Shown: in pieces, positions 23,366-32,621 of the stretch
Numbering within the stretch: the stretch's first letter is position 1
Layout of the letters: every line of letters begins with the position of its first letter
DNA from: a bacterium
GTDB lineage: Bacteria; Verrucomicrobiota; Kiritimatiellia; CAIVKH01
Assembly (NCBI GenBank): GCA_030432155.1
Contig: JAUIHQ010000001.1
Span: 1 to 56,751, forward strand
Length of the DNA: 56,751 nucleotides
Direction of reading: 5' to 3'
The notes under the pieces: model-generated
Told to the model about the DNA's origin: nothing
Database searches by the model: none
Seen by the model: the letters and a program-made list of their open reading frames with translations, nothing else
Translations under genes and position numbers: made by a program

Positions 23366-24991
23366 ATGAAAACCTCCGGTCATAGCCTGCGTACGACCCG
23401 CGGGGTTCCTTTCACCTTCCAGGCGGACGATGGGGCCGGCCTGCGGAACCAGTGGCCCGGGGTTCTGACCCACACGCACTTGCTGAAGGGTGAATTGCTG
23501 CCGCCTGAGAATTACCGCAATCTCGCAACATGGGCATCCGACCGGGGCCTCGGCGCCATCGGCGTTGGATCACCGTTTCTACCGGAAACCGCCGAAGCAT
23601 ACCGGCGCTATGAGGACCGTGAACGGGATGTGTATTACCGCGGGGGCGTGGATTACGAAGCCCTGACCCAGCGGGACAAGGTCCGGGCGCTGATGGATGA
23701 GCTGAACCGGCTGAGCGGGGATGTCTGCTTCTATCTCGACAACGAAACCCCCAAGGCCCGGTTCGGCCACATGTGGTGGATCGGCTGGCATCACGACTTT
23801 CCCGAGTGGCACGATTACGACCAGCCGTTTGACCGCTGGATGTGCCGGGAGCAGCAGGCCGATGATGTGAATCCCGAGCCGATGCGGTATGAGCGCCGGC
23901 CGTACATGCAGATTCTGCACGAACAGCGGGCCCGCGACGCGCTCGGCATCTGGGCGCACCCCACAAGCTGGTGGACCACCGACCGGGGAGCATTCGTCAC
24001 CAACATCGCATCGGAAATGCCGGCCCACCTTGCCGCTGAAGGCCGGATCGACGGGCTCGTGGTGATGGGCTACGATGCGTACCGCCCATCCTACCTCGAC
24101 CTGTGGTTCAGCCTGCTCAATGCCGGCTACCCGGTGACCGCGTTTGCCGAAACCGACATCGACCTTTCCACCCGCAGGCTGTGGGATCTCGAGGAGCTCT
24201 ACCTGACCCATGTCCCGTCCGCAGAAGGGAAACTCGACCTGGGCGGTATCCGGTTGAACGCCATGGCGGGATGCGGATATGTATCCAGCGGCCCCTTCCT
24301 GACCCTTCGGGTGGATGGTCAACCCATGGGATCGGTCATACGGAGCGAACCGGGATCCATGCACAGTGTCGAAGTCACCGTCGCCCCCGCGGAAGGCGAA
24401 CACCTGCTTTCCCGAGTCGAAGTCGTAAGCCGGCAGGGACGCGTTGAGTGGAGCCTCAACCAGGCGGAGGCGGGAACCTACCGGTTCGAGCTGGAGGGAA
24501 ATACGGAACGGGGGTACCTCGTGTGCCAGGCCTTCGGAAGGAACGATCACCCGGAGCGAACACCGGCCGCGGCGATACGGCATTATGCGGTTACGAATCC
24601 CGTGTACATGAAAGCGAGGGGAGAAAACTTCCCCGCCCCCCTTGCCACCAATCTCCGCCTGACCTGTCCTGCTGATTCCGGTTTCGCGGGCGGCTCGCTC
24701 CGCATCCTTCATCATGATCGCGATGAAACCCTTCGTCTGCACGCGGGTATGTTGGAACTTGAGATCCCGACGGCATCTCTTCTGCACCTGAAGCGCCCGG
24801 ACGGCACGGAGTGTGTGCTGGATCTCGTGGAAAGCAATCCGCGGGCAAGGAAGCTTCAGCAGTACCTGTATCGCGGCCGGTTCCTGGCGGACTACGAAGG
24901 ACTCGAACCGGGGCAGGTGCCGGCGGAAGCGTTTCAGGTCGACGCCTTTCGCGAAGCGCTGGGCGAACATGACATCACTCTTGGGGCATGA
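23366..24991 (+). CDS. hypothetical protein, possibly PHP/metallohydrolase-like
   Basis: 541 aa. The ATG lies 1 nt after the previous stop. His-rich motifs THTHL, GHMWWIGWHHDF, WAHPTSWW and AETDID loosely resemble PHP/CehA-type metal sites. The function call is weak. Confidence 0.45.
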   Translation: MKTSGHSLRTTRGVPFTFQADDGAGLRNQWPGVLTHTHLLKGELLPPENYRNLATWASDRGLGAIGVGSPFLPETAEAYRRYEDRERDVYYRGGVDYEALTQRDKVRALMDELNRLSGDVCFYLDNETPKARFGHMWWIGWHHDFPEWHDYDQPFDRWMCREQQADDVNPEPMRYERRPYMQILHEQRARDALGIWAHPTSWWTTDRGAFVTNIASEMPAHLAAEGRIDGLVVMGYDAYRPSYLDLWFSLLNAGYPVTAFAETDIDLSTRRLWDLEELYLTHVPSAEGKLDLGGIRLNAMAGCGYVSSGPFLTLRVDGQPMGSVIRSEPGSMHSVEVTVAPAEGEHLLSRVEVVSRQGRVEWSLNQAEAGTYRFELEGNTERGYLVCQAFGRNDHPERTPAAAIRHYAVTNPVYMKARGENFPAPLATNLRLTCPADSGFAGGSLRILHHDRDETLRLHAGMLELEIPTASLLHLKRPDGTECVLDLVESNPRARKLQQYLYRGRFLADYEGLEPGQVPAEAFQVDAFREALGEHDITLGA

Positions 24992-25959
24992 GGGGAAACA
25001 TGGACAGGAACAGAAGGAGCGGAAACATGAGAATGCAATTCAGGGCAGCATGGGGAATGATTGCTGCGGCCTTGCTGACGGCCGCAACACCGGCCGTCGC
25101 ACTTCAGTGGTCGGCCGAAAACGGGGTCTCCACCGGCACCACGGTGGCGCTCTACCACTTCAATGGTTCGGGCACCAACCTGATCGACAGCTCGCTCAAC
25201 GGCTTTCACATGCACACGTCAAATGTGAATGTGCGGGCCGGGGCGTCGCCGGGCTGGTTGGTCGTACCCAGCGGGGATTATCTTGAACAGGGGCCAAACG
25301 GGCAAACCACCAACGAGAACATCGCACGTGCGGTCAACCTCAGCGGCATCGATTTTGATCAGGGGTTGACGGTAAGCCTGTGGTACCGGGCGCTCGATGG
25401 AACCGCACCCTACACGACCAATGGAGGCGCCATCGTGGGTATTGAAGGTGCGGGAGCTTTTCCGCGCACATCCGTAGGGTCCGATGCGTTCGGGTCCGCC
25501 GGCCTTGGCCGCATGCGCCTGACCGGCGGGGGCGGCGGGACCGCCACCAACCTCGTGGATTTCGGCCCCACGTCGGTCTGGCGTCACCTTGCCGTGGTGT
25601 ACGACCCGCTGAACGGATCCACGGCGGATGGGGGGCGCTGGCGTTTCTATCTCGACAACAGCGAGGTTTCGACCGTCGATGATCCAAACAACTATTCCGC
25701 GGTCAGTTCGTTTGATTTCAAGGTCGGAGATTCGGTGTTCAACAACACGCGGCTTCAGCTCGGCGCCATCGATGAGGTTCTGGTGGAGAACCAGGTGCTC
25801 ATTGATTTCTCCGCTCAATCCGGGGGGGATGCCGCCATTCCCACCCTGTCGGAATGGGGGATGATCATCCTGTTTGCGGCGCTGGTCGTGTTCGGCCTGA
25901 AACGTATCAAGGCCATGAATACCGCCGGCGGGCAGGATAAAGCTCCGGCCGGGGCCTGA
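24988..25959 (+). CDS. LamG-domain protein with IPTLxxWG-CTERM sorting signal
   Basis: ATGA overlap with the previous stop. Signal: ...AAWGMIAAALLTAATPAVA. LamG-like: GLTVSLWYRALDG...WRHLAVVYDP...GAIDEVLV. C-terminus: IPTLSEWGMIILFAALVVFGLKRIK (25837 onward), i.e. motif + TM + basic cluster. Confidence 0.8.
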   Translation: MRGNMDRNRRSGNMRMQFRAAWGMIAAALLTAATPAVALQWSAENGVSTGTTVALYHFNGSGTNLIDSSLNGFHMHTSNVNVRAGASPGWLVVPSGDYLEQGPNGQTTNENIARAVNLSGIDFDQGLTVSLWYRALDGTAPYTTNGGAIVGIEGAGAFPRTSVGSDAFGSAGLGRMRLTGGGGGTATNLVDFGPTSVWRHLAVVYDPLNGSTADGGRWRFYLDNSEVSTVDDPNNYSAVSSFDFKVGDSVFNNTRLQLGAIDEVLVENQVLIDFSAQSGGDAAIPTLSEWGMIILFAALVVFGLKRIKAMNTAGGQDKAPAGA

Positions 25960-25976
25960 CCGGACCGGGGCGGGGT

Positions 25977-26492
25977 ATGACGATTCTGCGGCATCCGGGC
26001 CTCCGCTTTCTGGTGGTGACCGCGATTCTGTTTGTGGTGTTGCAGCGCGCATACATCGCATTCCGGGATTCCGACGACAACCGTTTGAACCATGTCGTCA
26101 ACGCGGAAGTCAGTGCAACCATCATCAACCTCATTTCTCCGGAGCGAGGGGTGGAAGCCGTCGATGGCGTACTTCGCGGCGGCGCGATTCCCATCGACAT
26201 ACGAAAGGGGTGCGAAGGCTTCGAGGTGATGATTATCATGATCGCGGTCATGCTCGCGTTTCCCATGCCGCTGGTATACCGGATCACCGGCATGATCGCG
26301 GGTTGCCTGTTCATCTATGTGTTGAACATCATCCGCATTGTCTCGTTGTTCTACATCACGTTGAAACGTCCCGAGTTCTTTGACGCCGCCCACATATCCG
26401 TCTGGCAGACCATCATCATCATGCTGGCCACCGGCTTTTTTCTCTGGTGGATCTCGTGGGCAACGCGGACAACGAAAGCGGACCCGGCATGA
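25977..26492 (+). CDS. xrtH: exosortase H-like (small exosortase/archaeosortase family transpeptidase)
   Basis: 171 aa and polytopic. Conserved-context residues: Cys (RKGCEGFEVMII), Arg (NIIRIVSLF) and His (AAHISVW). It lies 17 nt downstream of the IPTLxxWG-CTERM protein. Confidence 0.75.
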   Translation: MTILRHPGLRFLVVTAILFVVLQRAYIAFRDSDDNRLNHVVNAEVSATIINLISPERGVEAVDGVLRGGAIPIDIRKGCEGFEVMIIMIAVMLAFPMPLVYRITGMIAGCLFIYVLNIIRIVSLFYITLKRPEFFDAAHISVWQTIIIMLATGFFLWWISWATRTTKADPA

Positions 26493-27166
26493 CCGCATTG
26501 TATCCACCCGACACCGCCCCCCTCTCGGTCCGCGTCCGGGCCGCCGCACTGCGCCTTCTGCCGGCCTACATCATCCTTTTGACCGCGTCCCTGATCGCAC
26601 CGGCCCTGCTTCCTTCGATCATTGCCGCAACCCTTCCCGGACTATCCGGGCTGAGTCCGCATTACCGCATCCAGTCGGTTCAGGTCGGCAGGGAGATCAT
26701 CGATTTCAAAATCGAAAACCGGGACTTCACGCGGCTGAACGGACCGGGCGGGCGCCCCGGCCCCACGGTCAGCGTGGACGGATCACACCAGACCAGCGCG
26801 GTTAATGTCTACCCGGTGACGACCTTCGCCCTCGTCATCGGCCTCGCCATGTCACCCCGCCGCCTGGTTCGCGCGATGGGCATCGCGGCGGCCTGCGTAT
26901 GCGTTCTTATGGCCATAGACTGCCTGGTCATGGCGGCATGGATCAGTACCAAGGCCACCATGCAGGCAGCGCCCCAGGTACTTTCAGCCATGCCGCAGAC
27001 AGACGCAAACCGCGAGGCCGTCCTCGCCATCGCAGCCGGACAGGACCGTCTGACCTGGCTGAAATCCTTCATCAGCACCGGCGGACGGCAATTTCTATCC
27101 TTCATAAGCGCCGGCATCGCCCTCTTGGCCTCCGGTGCGGTAAGGGTTGGACCTCTCCGCACCTGA
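26489..27166 (+). CDS. exosortase-associated membrane protein (hypothetical)
   Basis: The ATG at 26489 overlaps the xrtH stop (ATGA). About 4 TM segments (LRLLPAYIILLTASLIAPALL, VYPVTTFALVIGLAM, AMGIAAACVCVLMAIDCLVMAAWI, FLSFISAGIALLASGAV). Confidence 0.6.
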   Translation: MTALYPPDTAPLSVRVRAAALRLLPAYIILLTASLIAPALLPSIIAATLPGLSGLSPHYRIQSVQVGREIIDFKIENRDFTRLNGPGGRPGPTVSVDGSHQTSAVNVYPVTTFALVIGLAMSPRRLVRAMGIAAACVCVLMAIDCLVMAAWISTKATMQAAPQVLSAMPQTDANREAVLAIAAGQDRLTWLKSFISTGGRQFLSFISAGIALLASGAVRVGPLRT

Positions 27167-27249
27167 ATTCAGCCGATGTCCACTGGCCTTTTTTCTCGTT
27201 GCGGGGTATGATACCCGGGTAAACCGATTCCGCACCGGAAGGATCAACC

Positions 27250-30200
27250 ATGATGCCGACAACGATCCGGCGGCTTGCCGCCGCCTTGCTGATGATGACG
27301 GGTACCGCCCTTGCCTGGACAGGAAATGAGATCGATTTCCCCAATACCGCAAACGGGTTTCCAGACCCTGCCACGTCGGGCGGGTCGGTCAAGTATACCG
27401 GTCCCGACGGATCCCCGGAATGGTTCCGCTACACCCAAACCGCCACCAACATTTACTCCCCGTTTGCGTTCAAGATGACCACCGGGAATACCTGGGACAA
27501 CGACTACGGCGGGAATGCCGTGTTTCCCAAGAACGAAGTCGACATCATGTATTACCAGCCGCTCGGTGATGCCAACAGCGAGCTGGCCGGCGGCGCTTCC
27601 AACGGATTTCGGTACGTGTTCACCGCCAAGGACCCTCCACTTTCCGATGCCTACATCTCGGTCATGGAGGTTTCCGACGACCCGGTCTTCATCGAGCAGG
27701 CGGGCGGCACCGTCGGAACCATCGCCTCCAACGGTGTGATCGAGATGAACATCCTCTTCTTCACCAATCCGCCCCCGGAGCAAAAGGCCTATTTCCGCGT
27801 ATCGACCGATGACTTTGCGACCTGGACCTTGATCGAAGCCCCGATTACCGCCGACACCGCCTCCGCCGTCTATACCAGCACCGTGTCCTCGACCGTCACC
27901 ACCAAGTGGTATGCCTTCACCTCCACCGCGTCGTCCAACTATCTCGCCAACACCAACAGCTTCACCATCGATGCCCTGACCCTTTCCTGGGACAACCGGC
28001 AGGGCACAAACTTCCTCGTCAAGGTCAACCCGCGCGATGTCGCATTCGTCTATCACGACGGCAACCGGGTTGTTTTTGGCAGCAACGTTCAGTTCTACGC
28101 CAAGGCGGGATACGCCAACGGCGACGGCAGCGGGCGCTGGGCGAATTTCGGCGCGGTCTATTACACCACCGACGGCAGCGAGCCGTCCGGCAGCAAAGGC
28201 GTTCCCTCGGGGTCATCGATGGCCCGGCCGCTGAGCTTCAGCTTCATGGAGGAAGACGAGAGCCCGATCGGCGACGCCATGTGGTTCGTTGGCACCGTGA
28301 CGAATCTCCCCGCATTCACCACCATCAAATACAAGATCGGACTGTGGTACGATGCGGGTTCGCCGGAACGCTTCGCGGATTATCAGTCGGTCACGAATGA
28401 TACGACCTATTCGTTCCAGCTCGGCGTGAGCGGCGCCCCGTCCCTCACCGTCAACGGGCTGGAAGCGGATTACACCACGTCGAAATTCTGGATCGATGAA
28501 ATCGCGGGCGATACGGAAGAGGTGGTCGTTTATTACCGGCCGGGCATCGCCGCCGTCCCCGACAACGTGGAGATCTTCAGCAACCTGAACCGCCGCGACT
28601 ATACCGAAGCCGACAGCGACACCAACGGCATTCCCGACGCCATCCGTCCGCCCGACGGGAATACCATCACCACCAACACGACCGATGGGTATTTTATGGC
28701 CTGGCCGATGACCGCCGCGGAACCCGGGGTCTATGTCTGGACCGGTGTGGTCAGCAAGTGCGGCGCCTATCGTCTGACCGCCCGCTACCAGACCAACGGC
28801 ACATGGCGGTACTACACCGAAAACGGCCGGCGGGATCACGCGGTTGTCGCTTCGCCGAAGAAAATTCTCGATCAGACGATGTATGAGCTGAACACCCTGA
28901 CCATCGAGGCCCAGAGCCCGGATGAGGGAGGCCGCAGCACGTTCGTCGATCTGCTGAGCGCGGACGAAGGCGACGATGACGGCTACGATCCCTTCAACCT
29001 GTCTTACCTCGACAGCCTCGCCGCAAACTGCCTGTGGTTCCAGCCGATCCACCCCAACGGGGAGGAAAGGGTGGAGAACGATTCCGCCACCCAATCGCCC
29101 TATACCCCCGGCAGTCCTTATGCCACCAAGGACTACTTCGCCATCGGCAGGTTCTACGGAAGTGACGCCACCGAGGCGGATGCCCTGTCGGAGTTCACGA
29201 ACTTCGTGGCCAAGTGCGATATATGGACCGGAGAGGTCGGCACCATCAATGTCATGCTCGACGGGGTGTTCAATCACACTGCGTGGGATGCCGAATTCGG
29301 CCAGGGTGTTGTGGACCTCGGCCTCAAGCAGAACCCCGGCGATTCAGGCTCGCCGCTGCTCGAGGCGAATGAATTCATCGGCGAGCATCGCGCCTACTGG
29401 TACTCCGACGGCGGTAACGGCAATCCGGACTATTGTGACGAAGCGGATTTCTGGAATTCCGCCTACGACAACGATTTCGCCGTCGCCCCGGACCGGGGTG
29501 ATTTCGGCAAATGGAATGACGTGGCCGAATTGTACTTCGGCCGGTATGCAGCCCTCGTCTGTCTCAACCCGCAGGACAACGGGAGTTACCTCAACGAGGG
29601 TGACTGGTATGACTACGGATCCCAGATGCCGGGCGTCATCGAGCTCTGGAAACTCTTCGCCTATTATCCCGAATACTGGATCAAAAAGACCGGGCACAGC
29701 GGGACCAACAGCTTTGTTCTCGCCGAGGATGACAAGGGCATTGACGGTCTGCGCTGCGACTTCGGCCAGGGCCTGCCGCCCCAGCTTTGGGAATACATCA
29801 TCAACCGCACCCGCAGCATCAAGTGGAACTTCATGTTCATGGCCGAGACGCTGGACGGCGGCAAGCCGGGCTACCGGTCCAACCGGCACTTCGACATTCT
29901 GAACGAGAACCTCGTCTTCCAGTTCACCCAGGCCAAGGTCAACAATTCCTTCGACCTCTACAATGCGCTGGAGCAGCGGGAGAACGCTTACAACGGCGGG
30001 ACGATTTTGCTGAACCTGACCTCGCACGACGAGATCCTCCCCGACGACGATCCCTGGGTCACCGCTTCGCGCTACGGGGTGGTCGGATCGGTCGACGGCA
30101 TTCCCATGATCATGTACGGACAGGAGCACGGCATAAAGAATTACCAGTCCGACCAGTCGGTCGGGTGGGACGATGGTTTCATCTATCACGAACTGAATTT

Positions 30201-31440
30201 CGGGAAGTACATCCCCCACTTCAAAAAATGGAACCAGCTCACGGTGTGGTTCAACGATCCGCCCAACTCCACCGGCATCCTCGAGTTCTACAGCCGGATC
30301 AACCGGGCGCGCCTGGCATCGCCGGCCCTGCGCAGTCAGAACCGGTACTTCCTTCGGCGGACCGCCATGGGCGACAACGAGGATATCTTTGCCGTGGCCA
30401 AGGCTGAGATCCCCGGTGCGGGACCGGCCGCCGGTGATGTCGTCCTCGCGTTCGCCAACATGCTGGAGCACGGCGGAGCCCATGCCGCGGAGCAGGATAC
30501 CTACGACCTGAAGGCGCCCTGGGCCTTTCTCGGTCTCGACACCAACAAAACTTACACGGTCAGGAACCTCGCTTCCAGCGATCCCGACGCCGTCCTGCCC
30601 GGCTGGCCACGCACCGGTCAGGATCTATGGGACAGCGGCATCTTTGTCCAGCTCCAGGCCGATATCGGCCAGGCCATCACCAACGATGGCGCCCTCGTGC
30701 AATACCTGAAGCTGGAGGAGATTGATGTCAACGATGCACCGGTGATCACCCTGCCGGGACCGCACACCCTGGCCGTCGGCGCCACCACGAACATCCCGGT
30801 CAGCGTAACCGATGCGGATCTGGATCCGGTGACCACCAACGTGACCGTATCGCCGGCGGGCTCGATCTTCACCAACGGCGTTCTGACCTGGATGGCCGGG
30901 GCGGCAGACGAGAACACCACCAACGAAATCCGCGTCGTGGCCGATGACCAGCAGGGCCAGCCCAACAGCATCGTGACCAACAGCACCTTCATCATCGTGC
31001 CGTTCGATATCGACGGCGATCTGCTGGGCGATGGCTGGGAATTCAGCAACTTCGGCACCCTGACCAACGGGGCGGCCGGCGACAACGACGGCGACAACTC
31101 CCCCAATATCGACGAATACAACGCGGGCACCGCGCCGACCAATGCCCAGTCGGTCTTCAAGGTGACCGAGGTGGAGAATGCCGCCGGTCAAACGGTGAGG
31201 AATGTGTCCATCGCCACCCAGCCCGGCAAGGTGTATACGATCTACTTCGCCGACGGGAATCCCGAAGACGACGCAACCTGGCAGCCGTTTGCGGATGGCA
31301 GCGACGGCGTCGGCACCTACACCGAGACAAATACCGTTCCGGCGACCTTCGTGTTTACCGACGATGAAAGTGCATCCACTACCGGGGGTGCGCCGGCGGA
31401 AGGCCAACGCAACTACCGGATCATTGTGAATGGACCCTGA
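27250..31440 (+). CDS. giant secreted GH13 alpha-amylase-family enzyme with accessory domains
   Basis: 1396 aa with signal MMPTTIRRLAAALLMMTGTALA. GH13 regions: I DGVFNHTA, II GIDGLRCDFGQGLP, III FMFMAETLDG, IV LNLTSHDE. Downstream are a cadherin/Ig-like block (VNDAPVITLP...), Asp loops (DIDGDLLGDGWE, DNDGDNSPNIDEY) and a C-terminal beta module ending NYRIIVNGP. Confidence 0.85.
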   Translation: MMPTTIRRLAAALLMMTGTALAWTGNEIDFPNTANGFPDPATSGGSVKYTGPDGSPEWFRYTQTATNIYSPFAFKMTTGNTWDNDYGGNAVFPKNEVDIMYYQPLGDANSELAGGASNGFRYVFTAKDPPLSDAYISVMEVSDDPVFIEQAGGTVGTIASNGVIEMNILFFTNPPPEQKAYFRVSTDDFATWTLIEAPITADTASAVYTSTVSSTVTTKWYAFTSTASSNYLANTNSFTIDALTLSWDNRQGTNFLVKVNPRDVAFVYHDGNRVVFGSNVQFYAKAGYANGDGSGRWANFGAVYYTTDGSEPSGSKGVPSGSSMARPLSFSFMEEDESPIGDAMWFVGTVTNLPAFTTIKYKIGLWYDAGSPERFADYQSVTNDTTYSFQLGVSGAPSLTVNGLEADYTTSKFWIDEIAGDTEEVVVYYRPGIAAVPDNVEIFSNLNRRDYTEADSDTNGIPDAIRPPDGNTITTNTTDGYFMAWPMTAAEPGVYVWTGVVSKCGAYRLTARYQTNGTWRYYTENGRRDHAVVASPKKILDQTMYELNTLTIEAQSPDEGGRSTFVDLLSADEGDDDGYDPFNLSYLDSLAANCLWFQPIHPNGEERVENDSATQSPYTPGSPYATKDYFAIGRFYGSDATEADALSEFTNFVAKCDIWTGEVGTINVMLDGVFNHTAWDAEFGQGVVDLGLKQNPGDSGSPLLEANEFIGEHRAYWYSDGGNGNPDYCDEADFWNSAYDNDFAVAPDRGDFGKWNDVAELYFGRYAALVCLNPQDNGSYLNEGDWYDYGSQMPGVIELWKLFAYYPEYWIKKTGHSGTNSFVLAEDDKGIDGLRCDFGQGLPPQLWEYIINRTRSIKWNFMFMAETLDGGKPGYRSNRHFDILNENLVFQFTQAKVNNSFDLYNALEQRENAYNGGTILLNLTSHDEILPDDDPWVTASRYGVVGSVDGIPMIMYGQEHGIKNYQSDQSVGWDDGFIYHELNFGKYIPHFKKWNQLTVWFNDPPNSTGILEFYSRINRARLASPALRSQNRYFLRRTAMGDNEDIFAVAKAEIPGAGPAAGDVVLAFANMLEHGGAHAAEQDTYDLKAPWAFLGLDTNKTYTVRNLASSDPDAVLPGWPRTGQDLWDSGIFVQLQADIGQAITNDGALVQYLKLEEIDVNDAPVITLPGPHTLAVGATTNIPVSVTDADLDPVTTNVTVSPAGSIFTNGVLTWMAGAADENTTNEIRVVADDQQGQPNSIVTNSTFIIVPFDIDGDLLGDGWEFSNFGTLTNGAAGDNDGDNSPNIDEYNAGTAPTNAQSVFKVTEVENAAGQTVRNVSIATQPGKVYTIYFADGNPEDDATWQPFADGSDGVGTYTETNTVPATFVFTDDESASTTGGAPAEGQRNYRIIVNGP

Positions 31441-31465
31441 GGCCGGCCGGACGATCGGATCCGTG

Positions 31466-32260
31466 ATGGCCCGGACCTTCTGGAGCATCGCCCGGGTCAT
31501 CGCGGTTTGCTATGCGGTGATCGTCATCTATGCCCTGCTGGCCTCCGAGCGCATGATCTTTCAGCCGCCCGCGGCACGGAATGTGCAAGATCGGGTCACC
31601 GCCATCGAAAGCCGTGATGGTGAGCGAATCGGTTTCTTCAGCGATGTCACCGACATTCACCGCATGACCATCCTCTTTTCCCACGGCAACGCCGAGGACC
31701 TTTCGACCGTTCCCGGATTTCTCGAAGAACTGTCCGCGATGGGATTCAACACCGCCTCCTATGATTACCGGGGCTACGGAATCAGCGACGGAACGCCTTC
31801 GGTGAAGAAGGGGTATAAGGATGCGGAAGCGGCCTACCGTTACGTGCGTGATACCCTCGGCATCCCTGAGAGCCGGATCATCGTACACGGCCGATCCCTG
31901 GGGGCGGCCTATGCCCTGCACCAGGCCGTGGAATTCAAGCCGGCCGGTTTGATCATGGAAAGCGGATTCACGAGCGCCTACCGGGTCATGACCCGCCGCG
32001 CCGTGCTACCTTTTGACAAGTTGAACAACCTCCGCCGAATCCGTGACCTCCGGTGTCCCGTGCTCCTGTTTCATGGCACCGAAGACCGGGTGATCCCGGC
32101 CTGGCATAGTCAAAAACTGCAACAAGCCGCCCCCACCCCCGCAACCCTCGTCCTCGTGAATGGAGCCGGCCACAACAACCTCTATTCCACCGACCCTGAG
32201 ACCTACCAAACATCCCTCCACCAGTTCCTCACCACACTCCCCGCCGCAAGGGACAGGTAA
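31466..32260 (+). CDS. membrane-anchored alpha/beta hydrolase (ABHD/Bem46-like)
   Basis: N-terminal TM MARTFWSIARVIAVCYAVIVIYALL. FSHGNAED, nucleophile elbow HGRSLGA, later HGTEDRVIP and GAGHNN. The track start 31430 overlaps the GH13 end. Confidence 0.75.
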   Translation: MARTFWSIARVIAVCYAVIVIYALLASERMIFQPPAARNVQDRVTAIESRDGERIGFFSDVTDIHRMTILFSHGNAEDLSTVPGFLEELSAMGFNTASYDYRGYGISDGTPSVKKGYKDAEAAYRYVRDTLGIPESRIIVHGRSLGAAYALHQAVEFKPAGLIMESGFTSAYRVMTRRAVLPFDKLNNLRRIRDLRCPVLLFHGTEDRVIPAWHSQKLQQAAPTPATLVLVNGAGHNNLYSTDPETYQTSLHQFLTTLPAARDR

Positions 32261-32276
32261 AATCCCCCCCCTCACT

Positions 32277-32427
32277 CGTAATCTTAATCGTCATCCTAAT
32301 CCTAATCGTAATCCCCCCTCCTCCCCCCACCCACCGGGAGGGCGAGCGGCCTCGCGAGCCGGGATGCCGACAAGGCCGATGGCATGGAAAATTCGATTAC
32401 GATTAGGATGAAGATTGTGATTAGGAT
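32277..32427. repeat. MITE-like intergenic element: hexamer-periodic imperfect inverted arms around the GC-rich repeat (copy 3)
   Basis: The left arm ...catcctaatcctaatcgtaatc (to 32313) pairs with the right arm gattacgattaggatg... (from 32395). The core at 32334-32367 is the reverse complement of the 6314/7163 repeat with a 1-nt indel. Confidence 0.45.
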
Positions 32428-32621
32428 TTTCGTGGAGAAGATTCACCTGTCCCCAGCCAATGGCGGCCCACGAACCGCTATAACACGCTAAAAACAAACA
32501 CTTTAAGATCGAATCAGCCCACACGCCCCGCCACACTTTAAAGCGTTTTACTTATTCGTTTAACCCTGCTAGGGTTCGCTCCCATGTGATTTCTGTACCC
32601 CCGTACGTTTGGAGCTGAACA

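Noticed and set aside
32160-32411. ORFs crossing the 32277-32427 element (32160..32411 +, 32291..32536 -)
   Set aside because: Their sequences (RNLNRHPNPNRNPPSSPHPP...) simply translate the hexamer-periodic repeat arms and the GC-rich core. There is no start context or motifs.
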